Source: Archaeoglobus fulgidus DSM 4304
GTDB taxonomy: Archaea > Halobacteriota > Archaeoglobi > Archaeoglobales > Archaeoglobaceae
Reading direction: 5' to 3'
Length of the DNA: 32,000 bases
Assembly (NCBI RefSeq): GCF_000008665.1
Contig: NC_000917.1
Location: 420,001-452,000 of the forward strand
A program made the translations under genes and the position numbers. Positions 18,400 through 27,435 of the stretch are shown piece by piece; position 1 is the stretch's first letter; each line of letters begins with the position of its first letter. Under the pieces are notes generated by a model. The model was given only the letters and a program-made list of their open reading frames with translations. It had not been told where the DNA came from and searched no databases.

Positions 18400-19327
18400 T
18401 ATCGGCGGAGCGAACCTTAAAGTTGCTTCGAAGGATGGATGGGAGATAATATATTTCCCAATGTGGAGGGAGGCGGAGAGGCTAGAGGGCAAGCTGAGGG
18501 AGATTGCAGAGAAATATTCAACTGCTAAAGCAGGAGTTGTGATGACCGCAGAGCTTGCGGACTTTTTCAAGTCAAGGGCAGAGGGTGTTGAGTTTATAGC
18601 AAAGGCCTGCAAAAAGGCCTTCGAAGATGTGAGATTTCTGGACGTTGAAGGCAACTTAAAATCAGACATAGACAATCCCGAAAACTTTGCAGCCAGCAAC
18701 TGGGTGGCTTCTTGCAGATTTCTGCTGGAGGAGGCTTACAGAAACTTTCTCTTCGTTGACATGGGCTCTACAACCACAGATATAATCCCTGTCACTTCTA
18801 AAATTGAGGCTGCAAAAACGGACTTTGAAAGGCTTAAGAGGGGCGAATTAATTTACTTCGGTGTTTTGAGGACACCGGTTTTTTACGTCCTTAAAGAATT
18901 TGAAGGAGCCCCCCTCTGCCCTGAGTTCTTTGCCATAACTGCGGACGTTTTTGTTACCACGGGAGATATTAAAGAAGAGGACTACAGCTGCGACACTCCC
19001 GATGGAAAAGGCAGAAGCAGAGAGGAGTGCATGAGAAGGCTTGCAAGGACAGTTTGCAGTGATCTGGAGGAGCTTGGAGAGGAAAAGGTTAAAGAGCTTG
19101 CTCTGGAAGCGAAATGGGCCATGATTGACAGGCTGTCTGAAGTTATCGAGCATAAGTCAAAGATTTACGGCTTAAAGACTGTCTTCGCATGCGGCATTGG
19201 AGAGTTTTTGATTGCTGAAGCCTGTGAGGAGGCAGGTGCGGAGTGCAGATTGATTTCGGAGCTATATGGGGATTATTCAAAGCTTTTCCCCGCTTACGCA
19301 ATGCTAAAGCTTGTTGAGCAGCATTGA
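18380..19327 (+). CDS. ASKHA-fold hydantoinase-A-like protein (family of H4MPT/methanofuran-linked C1-pathway proteins, MfnF-like)
   Basis: GIDIGGANLKV (phosphate-1 motif) and FVDMGSTTTDIIPV (hydantoinase-A-type motif). Start at ATG 18380 is preceded by GGAGAGGGGAGG. The track start at 18260 lies inside the MBL gene. Confidence 0.55.
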   Translation: MSSLGIDIGGANLKVASKDGWEIIYFPMWREAERLEGKLREIAEKYSTAKAGVVMTAELADFFKSRAEGVEFIAKACKKAFEDVRFLDVEGNLKSDIDNPENFAASNWVASCRFLLEEAYRNFLFVDMGSTTTDIIPVTSKIEAAKTDFERLKRGELIYFGVLRTPVFYVLKEFEGAPLCPEFFAITADVFVTTGDIKEEDYSCDTPDGKGRSREECMRRLARTVCSDLEELGEEKVKELALEAKWAMIDRLSEVIEHKSKIYGLKTVFACGIGEFLIAEACEEAGAECRLISELYGDYSKLFPAYAMLKLVEQH

Positions 19328-19843
19328 GCGGTAAAGGATTTCACAGGAGTGTTCAACGTAGCTTGCTTTGTTGTAAGCATCCCTCAAGCTCTTTCCTGCT
19401 GCGTAGATTCCGTGATTTCTTACAACAGCCACACCTTTCCTTTTCACTACCTCAGCTATCCCTTCAGCGAGCTCTGGAGAGCCGAACTGCCCTTCAACAA
19501 CCTCAACTTCGCCAAAGTAAAGCTTGCCTTCCAGATCAAGGGGCTCAATCCTGTCCATTTTGTTCCCCAAAACCACGTTGAAAACACCATGACAGTGCAG
19601 GACAGCGTTGTAGTCAGTTTTCTCGTAAATCTTGAGGTGGATTAGCTGGTCAACTGATGCTTCCTTCACAAACTCTCCCGGCTTGATTTTGACGAAGGAT
19701 GAATCGGTTAGGTCATCAAGATTCTCACCGGAGCGGGTTATGTAAATTGAATCAGCCATTTTGAAGCTCATATTACCGCTCGCCCCGTCAATTAGCCTAG
19801 CTGCAGCGAGAAGTTTTCCAACCTTTATCGCCTCTTCGAACAT
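19304..19843 (-). CDS. Class II aldolase/adducin-domain protein (fuculose-1-phosphate aldolase-like)
   Basis: ASGNMSF..YITRSG, HCHG and VRNHGIYAAG motifs. Start at 19843 (MFEEAIK) is favoured because TTTTTAAA (19864-19871, minus strand) sits 20 nt upstream. The alternative ATG at 19864 lies inside that TATA. Confidence 0.7.
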   Translation of the reverse strand: MFEEAIKVGKLLAAARLIDGASGNMSFKMADSIYITRSGENLDDLTDSSFVKIKPGEFVKEASVDQLIHLKIYEKTDYNAVLHCHGVFNVVLGNKMDRIEPLDLEGKLYFGEVEVVEGQFGSPELAEGIAEVVKRKGVAVVRNHGIYAAGKSLRDAYNKASYVEHSCEILYRSMLLNKL

Positions 19844-19928
19844 GATTTCAAAAGAACGAAACATTTAAAAATCTTTTTTCTCTATTGAAGGTTGCCTTAG
19901 GGCTATTTTAAAAAGCAAAAACAAAGTG

Positions 19929-20570
19929 ATGAGCATGATAGAGGAGAAGATATATAAGGGAACCACGACGGTGGGCTTGGTTTGTAAGGACGGAGTAGTC
20001 ATGGCTACCGAAAAGAGAGCCACGATGGGAAACTTCATTGCCAGCAAAGCTGCAAAGAAAATCTACCAGATTGCCGACAGAATGGCCATGACCACCGCGG
20101 GCAGTGTTGGTGACGCTCAGTTCCTCGCAAGGATCATTAAAATCGAGGCAAACCTGTACGAGATAAGGAGGGAAAGAAAACCGACCGTCAGGGCGATAGC
20201 AACCCTAACGTCCAACCTTCTCAACTCCTATCGCTATTTCCCCTACCTGGTGCAGCTTCTCATAGGCGGAATTGACTCAGAGGGGAAGAGCATATACTCC
20301 ATCGACCCAATCGGTGGTGCAATAGAGGAGAAGGATATCGTTGCCACTGGCAGTGGTAGCCTTACCGCCTACGGTGTGCTTGAGGACAGATTCACACCGG
20401 AAATTGGAGTCGACGAGGCGGTTGAGCTTGCGGTGAGGGCCATATACTCCGCAATGAAAAGAGACTCTGCTTCGGGAGATGGAATTGACGTGGTGAAGAT
20501 AACTGAGGATGAGTTTTACCAGTACAGTCCCGAAGAGGTTGAGCAGATACTGGCCAAGTTCAGGAAATAA
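19929..20570 (+). CDS. psmB: Proteasome beta subunit (with short propeptide)
   Basis: [11 protein letters not shown]|[19 protein letters not shown], with the catalytic Thr1 exposed after propeptide cleavage. GTG 19926 and ATG 19935 are alternative starts. Confidence 0.93.
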   Translation: MSMIEEKIYKGTTTVGLVCKDGVVMATEKRATMGNFIASKAAKKIYQIADRMAMTTAGSVGDAQFLARIIKIEANLYEIRRERKPTVRAIATLTSNLLNSYRYFPYLVQLLIGGIDSEGKSIYSIDPIGGAIEEKDIVATGSGSLTAYGVLEDRFTPEIGVDEAVELAVRAIYSAMKRDSASGDGIDVVKITEDEFYQYSPEEVEQILAKFRK

Positions 20571-20572
20571 GG

Positions 20573-22471
20573 ATGACGAAGTATCTGGATGAAATACGGG
20601 AGAAGGTAAAGGAGTACCTACCGCCGAAGGTTAGGGTAAAGAGCATAGAATTCGAGGGGCCTCAGCTTGTAATATACGTTGAGAACCCGCAGGAGCTGGC
20701 AGAGGTCGATATAGTCAAGAAACTCGCAAAGGACCTGAGAAAGAGAATTATCATTCGAGCTGATCCGAAATCCCTGAAACCTCCTGAGAAGGCAAGGCAG
20801 ATAATAATGCAAATCGTTCCCGAGGATGCAAGGATTTCCAACATCTTTTTTGACGAAGAGAACGGCGAGGTAATAATAGAAGCGGAGAAGCCGGGAGTTG
20901 TCATCGGAAAGCAGGGCTCCACATTCAGAGAGATAATGCGAGCCGTTGGCTGGAGCCCGAGAGTCGTTCGAACTCCACCCATAAAGTCCAAGATTATCGA
21001 CAACATCAGAAACTACCTGCTGAGCGTGAGAGAGGAGAGGAGCGAAATTCTGAAGAGAATTGGGGAAAGGATACACAGAACCTCGCTCATAGACGAAAAG
21101 TGGGTGAGGGTAACTTTCCTCGGCGGTAGCAGAGAGGTGGGGAGAAGCTGCTACTTGCTCCAGACACCTGAGAGCAGAATTCTGATTGACTGCGGAGTGA
21201 ATGTGAGCAATCTCTCAAGCACACCTTACCTGTATGTTCCAGAAGTGCAGCCACTCGACGCCCTTGATGCTGTTGTGATAACTCACGCTCACCTCGACCA
21301 CTGCGGGCTCGTGCCGTTGCTTTACAAATTCGGCTACAGAGGGCCGATTTACCTCACACCCCCAACGAGGGACCTGATGGTTTTGCTTCAGCTTGATTTT
21401 CTTGAAGTGGCGGGTAGAGAGGGGACAAACCCTCCCTACAGCTCAAATCTCATCAGGGAGGCTTTGAAGCACACAATAACTCTTGATTACGGAGTTGTTA
21501 CGGATATCAGCCCCGACGTGAGGCTGACCTTCTACAACGCCGGCCACATTCTCGGGTCCGCCATCGCTCACTTCCACATCGGGGAGGGGCACTACAACAT
21601 TGCATTTACGGGAGACTTCAAGTTCGAGAAGACAAGGCTGTTCGACAGGGCTGCGACCAATTTTCCCAGGCTTGAAGCGCTAGTGATGGAAGCAACCTAC
21701 GGTGGTCCAAACGACTTCCAGCCTTCAAGGAAGGAAGCTGAGGAGAGGCTGATAGAGGTCATCAACAGAACTCTCGACAGGGGAGGAAAGGTGCTGATTC
21801 CAACTTTCGCAGTGGGAAGGAGCCAAGAAGTAATGATCGTTCTTGAGGAAGCTATGAGAGAGAAGAGGCTGAGGGAAACATACGTTTACCTCGACGGAAT
21901 GATTTACGAGGCAACGGCAATCCATACAGCGTATCCAGAGTACCTTAACGCACAACTCCGAGACCTGATTTTCTACCACGGGATAAATCCCTTCATAAGC
22001 GAAAATTTCGTTAGGGTCGATTCCTCCTCAAAGAGGGAGGAAGTTATAAGCGACCCATCACCGAGCATCATAATAGCCACCTCAGGTATGCTAAACGGTG
22101 GGCCTGTGATGGAGTACTTCAGGCATCTTGCTGAGGACGAGAGAAACACCATCGTCTTTGTTGGCTATCAGGCTGAAGGGACGCTGGGGAGGAAAATCCA
22201 AAAGGGTTGGAAGGAGGTACCTTTCCCAGTTGATGGTAGAAGAGAGGTTGTTGAGGTAAAGATGGAAGTTGAGACCGTTGACGGATTCTCGGGCCACTCC
22301 GACAGGAAGCAGCTTATGAACTACATACGCTACCTCAACTCCAAGCCAGAGAAGGTTGCAACAGTGCACGGAGACGAGTCGAAGTGCATAGATTTAGCCT
22401 CAAGCATATACAAGACCTACAGAATCGAAACGAGAGCTCCGATGAATCTGGAGACGATTAGGTTTGTTTGA
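20573..22471 (+). CDS. Archaeal CPSF1-type beta-CASP ribonuclease with N-terminal KH domains (aCPSF1/FttA-type)
   Basis: 632 aa. KH-like N-terminus (VVIGKQGSTFREI), MBL motif ITHAHLDHCG, and beta-CASP region. It starts 2 nt after psmB. Confidence 0.9.
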   Translation: MTKYLDEIREKVKEYLPPKVRVKSIEFEGPQLVIYVENPQELAEVDIVKKLAKDLRKRIIIRADPKSLKPPEKARQIIMQIVPEDARISNIFFDEENGEVIIEAEKPGVVIGKQGSTFREIMRAVGWSPRVVRTPPIKSKIIDNIRNYLLSVREERSEILKRIGERIHRTSLIDEKWVRVTFLGGSREVGRSCYLLQTPESRILIDCGVNVSNLSSTPYLYVPEVQPLDALDAVVITHAHLDHCGLVPLLYKFGYRGPIYLTPPTRDLMVLLQLDFLEVAGREGTNPPYSSNLIREALKHTITLDYGVVTDISPDVRLTFYNAGHILGSAIAHFHIGEGHYNIAFTGDFKFEKTRLFDRAATNFPRLEALVMEATYGGPNDFQPSRKEAEERLIEVINRTLDRGGKVLIPTFAVGRSQEVMIVLEEAMREKRLRETYVYLDGMIYEATAIHTAYPEYLNAQLRDLIFYHGINPFISENFVRVDSSSKREEVISDPSPSIIIATSGMLNGGPVMEYFRHLAEDERNTIVFVGYQAEGTLGRKIQKGWKEVPFPVDGRREVVEVKMEVETVDGFSGHSDRKQLMNYIRYLNSKPEKVATVHGDESKCIDLASSIYKTYRIETRAPMNLETIRFV

Positions 22472-22572
22472 GGTTTTATTTCAAGTACAAAAACGTTTGT
22501 AAGGGAACTCTATTTCAACTCGAAAAATGCAGGTTTGGATACTTTTATTACACCTGAAATCAAACTCCCACC

Positions 22573-22788
22573 ATGAAGAGGATTCTCGTCTGTCCGGTTT
22601 GCAAATCAAAGGAAGTGGAGCTTGATGCTGGCGGTTATACGGGGAAGTACTACTGCAAAAACTGTGGATACGTGGGAAGCTTCATATTGGAGATGACCGA
22701 GGGAGAATACAGAGAAATGATGGAGAAGGAGAAGTTTGAAAGGAAAGAAGATGAGAAATCAAAGCCGAAAGGTGTGAGGGAGGATTAA
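22573..22788 (+). CDS. Small zinc-ribbon protein with a Lys/Glu-rich tail (hypothetical)
   Basis: 71 aa. CPVC..x17..CKNC forms a four-Cys ribbon. The C-terminal half is highly charged (EKEKFERKEDEKSKPK). Confidence 0.55.
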   Translation: MKRILVCPVCKSKEVELDAGGYTGKYYCKNCGYVGSFILEMTEGEYREMMEKEKFERKEDEKSKPKGVRED

Positions 22789-22821
22789 ATTAAGTTTATA
22801 TTCCCCCGACCAACTTTTTTC

Positions 22822-23958
22822 ATGGAAGAGGTTTCATCTCACGTAAAATCCGGAAAGCCTGTAATGATTCTTGATTCGGAAAAAAGCGCCATCTGCATTC
22901 CCGCAGAGGTTGTCAGCGGAGAAATACTCAACTTCATGATGAAGAACTGCGATGAGATTCGTTTGGCCTTAACCTGGAAGCAGATTCTTAACCTCGGCCT
23001 TAACAGGTTCAGGTTCCAGAACGGGAACTTAATTCCAATCGACCCAAATCTTGAGAAAATTTCGGCAGAGGAAAGGGCAAAATTCATCAGAGAGTTGGTT
23101 AGCGGTAATGCTGGCGACATCAAGTATCCCGGCAGAATATTCGTAGAAGAGACCAAGGAGATGGGAGTGCTGGAGAGGCCGGGGATAGCCGAAGCTTGCG
23201 TTGATCTGGCGAGGATGGCAGGGTTCGCCCCCTCTGCCGTTTACGCTCCTCTCATGACGGCAGAAGGTGGCGTTGCTGGGGAGGATTATGCTCTAAAATT
23301 TGCCAAAGAGCACTCAATGCCCGTTTTCAGGATAAAAGACATGATTGAGTTCAGGATAAAGTCAGAAAAGATTGTTGAGAGGGTTATTGAAGCCACTCTC
23401 CCGACAAAGTTCTACGGCACCTTCAGGGCTGTGGGCTACAAAACACCTTTGGGGGAGATAGTCGCCCTCGTTAAGGGTAGGGTTGATGAGGGAGACGTTC
23501 TGGTTAGAATCCACTCGGAGTGCCTGACGGGCGACGTTTTTCACTCACTGCGGTGTGATTGCGGAGACCAGCTTGAGAACGCTCTGAAAATGATTGACAG
23601 AGAGGGTAAGGGCGTGGCAATCTACATGAGGGGCCATGAGGGCAGAGGGATAGGGCTCATAAACAAGCTTATGGCCTACAAGCTTCAGGAAGAGGGAAAG
23701 GATACCGTAGATGCAAACATCGAGCTCGGATTTCCTCCCGACATGAGGAGCTACGGAATCGCCGCCCAGATTCTCATGGATTTGAAGGTCAAGAGCATCA
23801 GGCTGCTCACCAACAATCCCCTCAAAATAGAGGAGCTTAAGAAGTACGGATTCAAAATCGTTAGAGAGCCGATTGAGGTAGAACCCTGCGAGGTCAATCT
23901 GCCCTATCTTAAAGCGAAGAAGGACAAGATGGGACACTTGATATGCTTCAACGACTGA
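22822..23958 (+). CDS. ribA: GTP cyclohydrolase II fused to a degenerate DHBP-synthase (RibB)-like N-terminal domain
   Basis: The C-terminal half reads RIHSECLTGDVFHSLRCDCGDQLENAL, GRGIGLINKLMAYKLQEEGKDTVDAN and RLLTNNP (GCH II zinc Cys triad and catalytic Tyr). The N-terminal half is RibB-like (GKPVMILDSEK..IPAE, PGRIF, GVLERPGIAEA) but lacks the acidic DRENEGD-type motif and conserved His residues. Confidence 0.85.
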   Translation: MEEVSSHVKSGKPVMILDSEKSAICIPAEVVSGEILNFMMKNCDEIRLALTWKQILNLGLNRFRFQNGNLIPIDPNLEKISAEERAKFIRELVSGNAGDIKYPGRIFVEETKEMGVLERPGIAEACVDLARMAGFAPSAVYAPLMTAEGGVAGEDYALKFAKEHSMPVFRIKDMIEFRIKSEKIVERVIEATLPTKFYGTFRAVGYKTPLGEIVALVKGRVDEGDVLVRIHSECLTGDVFHSLRCDCGDQLENALKMIDREGKGVAIYMRGHEGRGIGLINKLMAYKLQEEGKDTVDANIELGFPPDMRSYGIAAQILMDLKVKSIRLLTNNPLKIEELKKYGFKIVREPIEVEPCEVNLPYLKAKKDKMGHLICFND

Positions 23959-24680
23959 TTTGTGAGTGTGGAGCTGAGCTGAGCAGCTGCGCGGCCTTCT
24001 GCCTTAACTGTGGGAGGAGACACGCTGTTGGTTGCGGAGTTTACGTTTCTGAAAGCAGGGTTTTCGTCAGAATTTTTGGAGAGAGGGATTTTGAGGAGTT
24101 TTCAATTAAGAGGTACGATGAGGATGTTTCGATAAGAAACCTCTACGAGATTCTTGCAGAGAGAATTTACTCCTACAGAGTGGAGAGCATTGTGGTTTCA
24201 GGAGAGAGCGAGGAGCTTATTGATGAGGCGCTAGAGGGGTTGAGGAGCACGCTTTACCCCTTTGACGTTTCGGTGAGCGACGCATTTGATTCGCCACAAA
24301 GCTTCTTTGAGAGGTTGGAGCGTGTTTTGAGGCTGGAAAAGGAGCTGAAAACCGTAAAAATACCTCCGGAAGAAAAGATACACGGCAGCCACTCCACCAT
24401 AATCGGCGGGAGGGAGGGTTATAAGCTGATACTCTCCCTTGCCAAATCACCCTACGTGAAAAAGGTCGTTCCGGGTGTTATTGAGGGAAATGCGACGAGC
24501 ATAGGTGGAGGAGTTAAGCTCAAGCTCACGAGAAGCGACGAAAAGGGGAACGTTAGAGCCTTGCTTATCGACGGCTCCTCCGTGCAGCAGGTTTACGTTA
24601 TAACCACAGCTTCCAGCAGGGAAGAGGGAGAGGAGGTTTTAAAACTTCTTAGCGGGTATGTACGCGATTTACAGGAGTGA
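23943..24680 (+). CDS. Hypothetical protein with N-terminal Cys-rich zinc-ribbon-like motif
   Basis: 245 aa. N-terminus CECGAELSSCAAFCLNCG; I recognise nothing in the rest. It overlaps ribA by 16 nt and the next gene by 23 nt. Confidence 0.5.
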   Translation: MLQRLICECGAELSSCAAFCLNCGRRHAVGCGVYVSESRVFVRIFGERDFEEFSIKRYDEDVSIRNLYEILAERIYSYRVESIVVSGESEELIDEALEGLRSTLYPFDVSVSDAFDSPQSFFERLERVLRLEKELKTVKIPPEEKIHGSHSTIIGGREGYKLILSLAKSPYVKKVVPGVIEGNATSIGGGVKLKLTRSDEKGNVRALLIDGSSVQQVYVITTASSREEGEEVLKLLSGYVRDLQE

Positions 24681-25044
24681 GGGCATAGAGGTTGCCATAC
24701 CTTTTGAGTGCAGAATGTGCGGGAAGTGCTGCGAGAAGCTAAGCCAGTGCGTTTACGACCCCAGTAAGGGCAAGATTATTGCAGAGGCGGATTTGGGGCT
24801 ATTTGAGTACGTTGAGCTGAATGACGTTGAGTTGAAAAGCCCTATTCTGATCAAACCGTGTCCTTTCCTCAAAGATAACAGATGCGCAATTCATGAAATC
24901 AGACCGAAAAGCTGCAGGGAGTTTCCCTTAACGGAGAGGGGAGACATGGGTGTGGGCTGTGAAGGCTACAGGGAAATTCGAGCGAAGGCTAAGGCTGTGG
25001 AAAAAGCGCTGGGAAAGCTTGAGTTTGCCGGAAGGCTGGACTGA
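24658..25044 (+). CDS. YkgJ/UPF0153-family Cys-cluster protein (CxxCxxCC)
   Basis: CRMCGKCCEKL plus downstream CPFLKDNRCAIHEIRPKSCREFP, the signature layout of the putative Zn/Fe-chelating YkgJ family. Confidence 0.7.
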   Translation: MYAIYRSEGIEVAIPFECRMCGKCCEKLSQCVYDPSKGKIIAEADLGLFEYVELNDVELKSPILIKPCPFLKDNRCAIHEIRPKSCREFPLTERGDMGVGCEGYREIRAKAKAVEKALGKLEFAGRLD

Positions 25045-25101
25045 CGGAGGCTGGATTAGTCAAAACATAAAAATTAAATAATTTCAAATTTCATCGAAGC
25101 T

Positions 25102-27435
25102 ATGAAGAAATTGTATGCGGCCATCCCGTTGGCAGTTCTGGTTTTGCTCGTCCTTCTTGCCCACAGCTACTTGAACCTGCTTGCCCCCTTCAGCGGCAGC
25201 TTGTGGGAAATTGATATATCAAAGGAAATTCCCAACCCCTACGGGTGGGCGGAGGTTTACTTTGACGAATACGGTGTGCCGCACATAGTTGCGGAGAACG
25301 AAAAAGCTCTTGCTTTTGCTGTCGGCTACGTTCATGCCAAAGACAGGCTTTTCCAGATGGACCTGCACCGCAGGATGATGAAGGGGCAGCTTAGCGAGGT
25401 TTTCGGTGAAGACTTCTTCGATTCAGACGAATTCCATGTTAAAATGGACTTTTTGGGGGCTGCGGAGGCTTCTTGGAGTGTTCTCAAGGATTCTGAAATT
25501 GGCGATTTGCTCGTTGCCTACAGCGAGGGTGTTAATTACTACATCAAAAATCGCCCACTTCCGATGGAGTTCAAGCTTGCAGGATACAAGCCTAAGGAGT
25601 GGACACCAGTTGACTCACTTCTCCTCGGAAAGGAGATATCCTGGAGTCTGACGGGCAGGTTCTGGGATCTGGAAAGGTCCTTTATTGTTGAAAAGCTTGG
25701 TGAAAAAGCTCTGGAGCTTTATCCGGACTACTTGAACCACTCTTACCCGATAATCAGAACGGGAATGGTGAACAAATCTCTGCTCGAATGGCTAAAGCCT
25801 TTTGAGGCTAAAGACGGTTTTGGCTCGAACAACTGGGTTGTTTCCGGCAAGCTCACAGCAAACGGAAAGCCGATGCTTGCCAACGACCCCCATCTGCTCC
25901 TAATGGCTCCTCCCGTTTGGTATGAAATGCACCTGAAAGTGAACGGAGAGAATGTGAGAGGTGTCTCCCTTCCCGGTGTGCCAGTTATTCTGATAGGAAT
26001 GAACGATTACGTTGCCTGGGGCTTCACCAACGTAGGGGCGGATGTAATAGACTTCTACTACTACGTGTGGAACGGAGATAAGTATCTCTACAAGGGAGAG
26101 TGGCTCGAACCGGAAAAATCGATTAAAGTTGTGAAGGTTAAGACCAAAAAGGGCATTGAGGAGAGGCAGGTGGTTGTGGAGAAAACCGTTCACGGGCCCG
26201 TGTTGGAGAAGTACGGCAGGAAGATTGCCGTTGCGTGGACGGGCTTAACGGCAACGACCGAGGCGCTTGCGGTTTACAAGTACAACCACGCGCACAACAT
26301 CTCGGAATTCATGGAGGGGCTGAAGCTCTTCGACGTACCAGCACAAAACGTCGTCTATGCGGATATTTACGGAAACGTGATGTACTACCCCGCAGGAAAG
26401 TTCCCTATAAGGCTGGTCAACGGAACAGAGGTTCCGGGAAACGTTATCTTCAACGGCTCGGCGGGAGAGGGGGAGTGGAGAGGCTTCAAACCTTACGGCA
26501 TCTCCAGCTGGGACGGCTTCATCCCATTTGAGGAGATTCCCCACCTGATAAACCCTGACTACGTTGGAACGGCGAACCAGAGGGTGGTGTTCGGCTATCA
26601 GCACTACCTCGGCGATTCGATGTACTTCGCAGACCCCTACAGAGGGATGAGGATTTACGAGATGCTTGATGAAGCCGCCAACTCAGGCGAGAAGATTACC
26701 CCCGAATACTTCATGAAAATGCAGAGAGACGTTTACTCCAAACCGGCTGAGTTCTTCACACCCTTCATCTTCGAGGCTGAGGAAAAAATGAGTGATAAGG
26801 CGAGGAGTTATGCGGAAAAGCTGAGAAACTGGGACTTCAGAATGCAGAAGGACAGCGAAGCGGCGCTGATATTCTCCATCTGGCTTGATGAGTTCGTTAA
26901 CGAGACCTTTGGGGATGAGTTCTACTCTGCAGGATTGGAAAGCAGCTTCTATCCTCACCTCTACGTCCTCCAGAACTTGCCCTCTAACAGCATATGGTAT
27001 GATGACATCAGAACCGAGCAGAGGGAGCAGAGAGATGATATTGCGGCAAGAGCGATGGAGAAGGCTGTTGAAATCATAGAAACCAAGGGATATAGAGTTT
27101 ATGGGGACTACAACAGGCTTGAAATCAAGCATGCCTTCAGCAGCTTCGTGAAATTCTTCGACTATCCATCCATGCCGATGAATGGCTCCACCTACACCGT
27201 TTTCAACTTCAGAAGGGCCGTTGACTGGGGAACGGGATTATCGCAGGCAGGAAGCAGCTGGAGGATGATAGTCAACTTTGACGAGAACTACTGCGTAATT
27301 CCGGGTGGGAATTCGGGCAACTACTTCTCTCCCCACTACTACGATCAGCTCGAAATGTGGGCGAATGGGCAGTACAAGAGCTTTGATTTCAACGTGAGGG
27401 GTGAAAAGATAGTTTTCAGGGAGGTGAGCTCATGA
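25102..27435 (+). CDS. Penicillin-acylase-family (S45) Ntn hydrolase with N-terminal signal/anchor
   Basis: 777 aa. Hydrophobic N-terminus AAIPLAVLVLLVLLA. The autoprocessing/nucleophile site G|SNNWVVSG has its Ser242 codon at 25825-25827. ANDPHL motif is also present. Confidence 0.85.
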   Translation: MKKLYAAIPLAVLVLLVLLAHSYLNLLAPFSGSLWEIDISKEIPNPYGWAEVYFDEYGVPHIVAENEKALAFAVGYVHAKDRLFQMDLHRRMMKGQLSEVFGEDFFDSDEFHVKMDFLGAAEASWSVLKDSEIGDLLVAYSEGVNYYIKNRPLPMEFKLAGYKPKEWTPVDSLLLGKEISWSLTGRFWDLERSFIVEKLGEKALELYPDYLNHSYPIIRTGMVNKSLLEWLKPFEAKDGFGSNNWVVSGKLTANGKPMLANDPHLLLMAPPVWYEMHLKVNGENVRGVSLPGVPVILIGMNDYVAWGFTNVGADVIDFYYYVWNGDKYLYKGEWLEPEKSIKVVKVKTKKGIEERQVVVEKTVHGPVLEKYGRKIAVAWTGLTATTEALAVYKYNHAHNISEFMEGLKLFDVPAQNVVYADIYGNVMYYPAGKFPIRLVNGTEVPGNVIFNGSAGEGEWRGFKPYGISSWDGFIPFEEIPHLINPDYVGTANQRVVFGYQHYLGDSMYFADPYRGMRIYEMLDEAANSGEKITPEYFMKMQRDVYSKPAEFFTPFIFEAEEKMSDKARSYAEKLRNWDFRMQKDSEAALIFSIWLDEFVNETFGDEFYSAGLESSFYPHLYVLQNLPSNSIWYDDIRTEQREQRDDIAARAMEKAVEIIETKGYRVYGDYNRLEIKHAFSSFVKFFDYPSMPMNGSTYTVFNFRRAVDWGTGLSQAGSSWRMIVNFDENYCVIPGGNSGNYFSPHYYDQLEMWANGQYKSFDFNVRGEKIVFREVSS

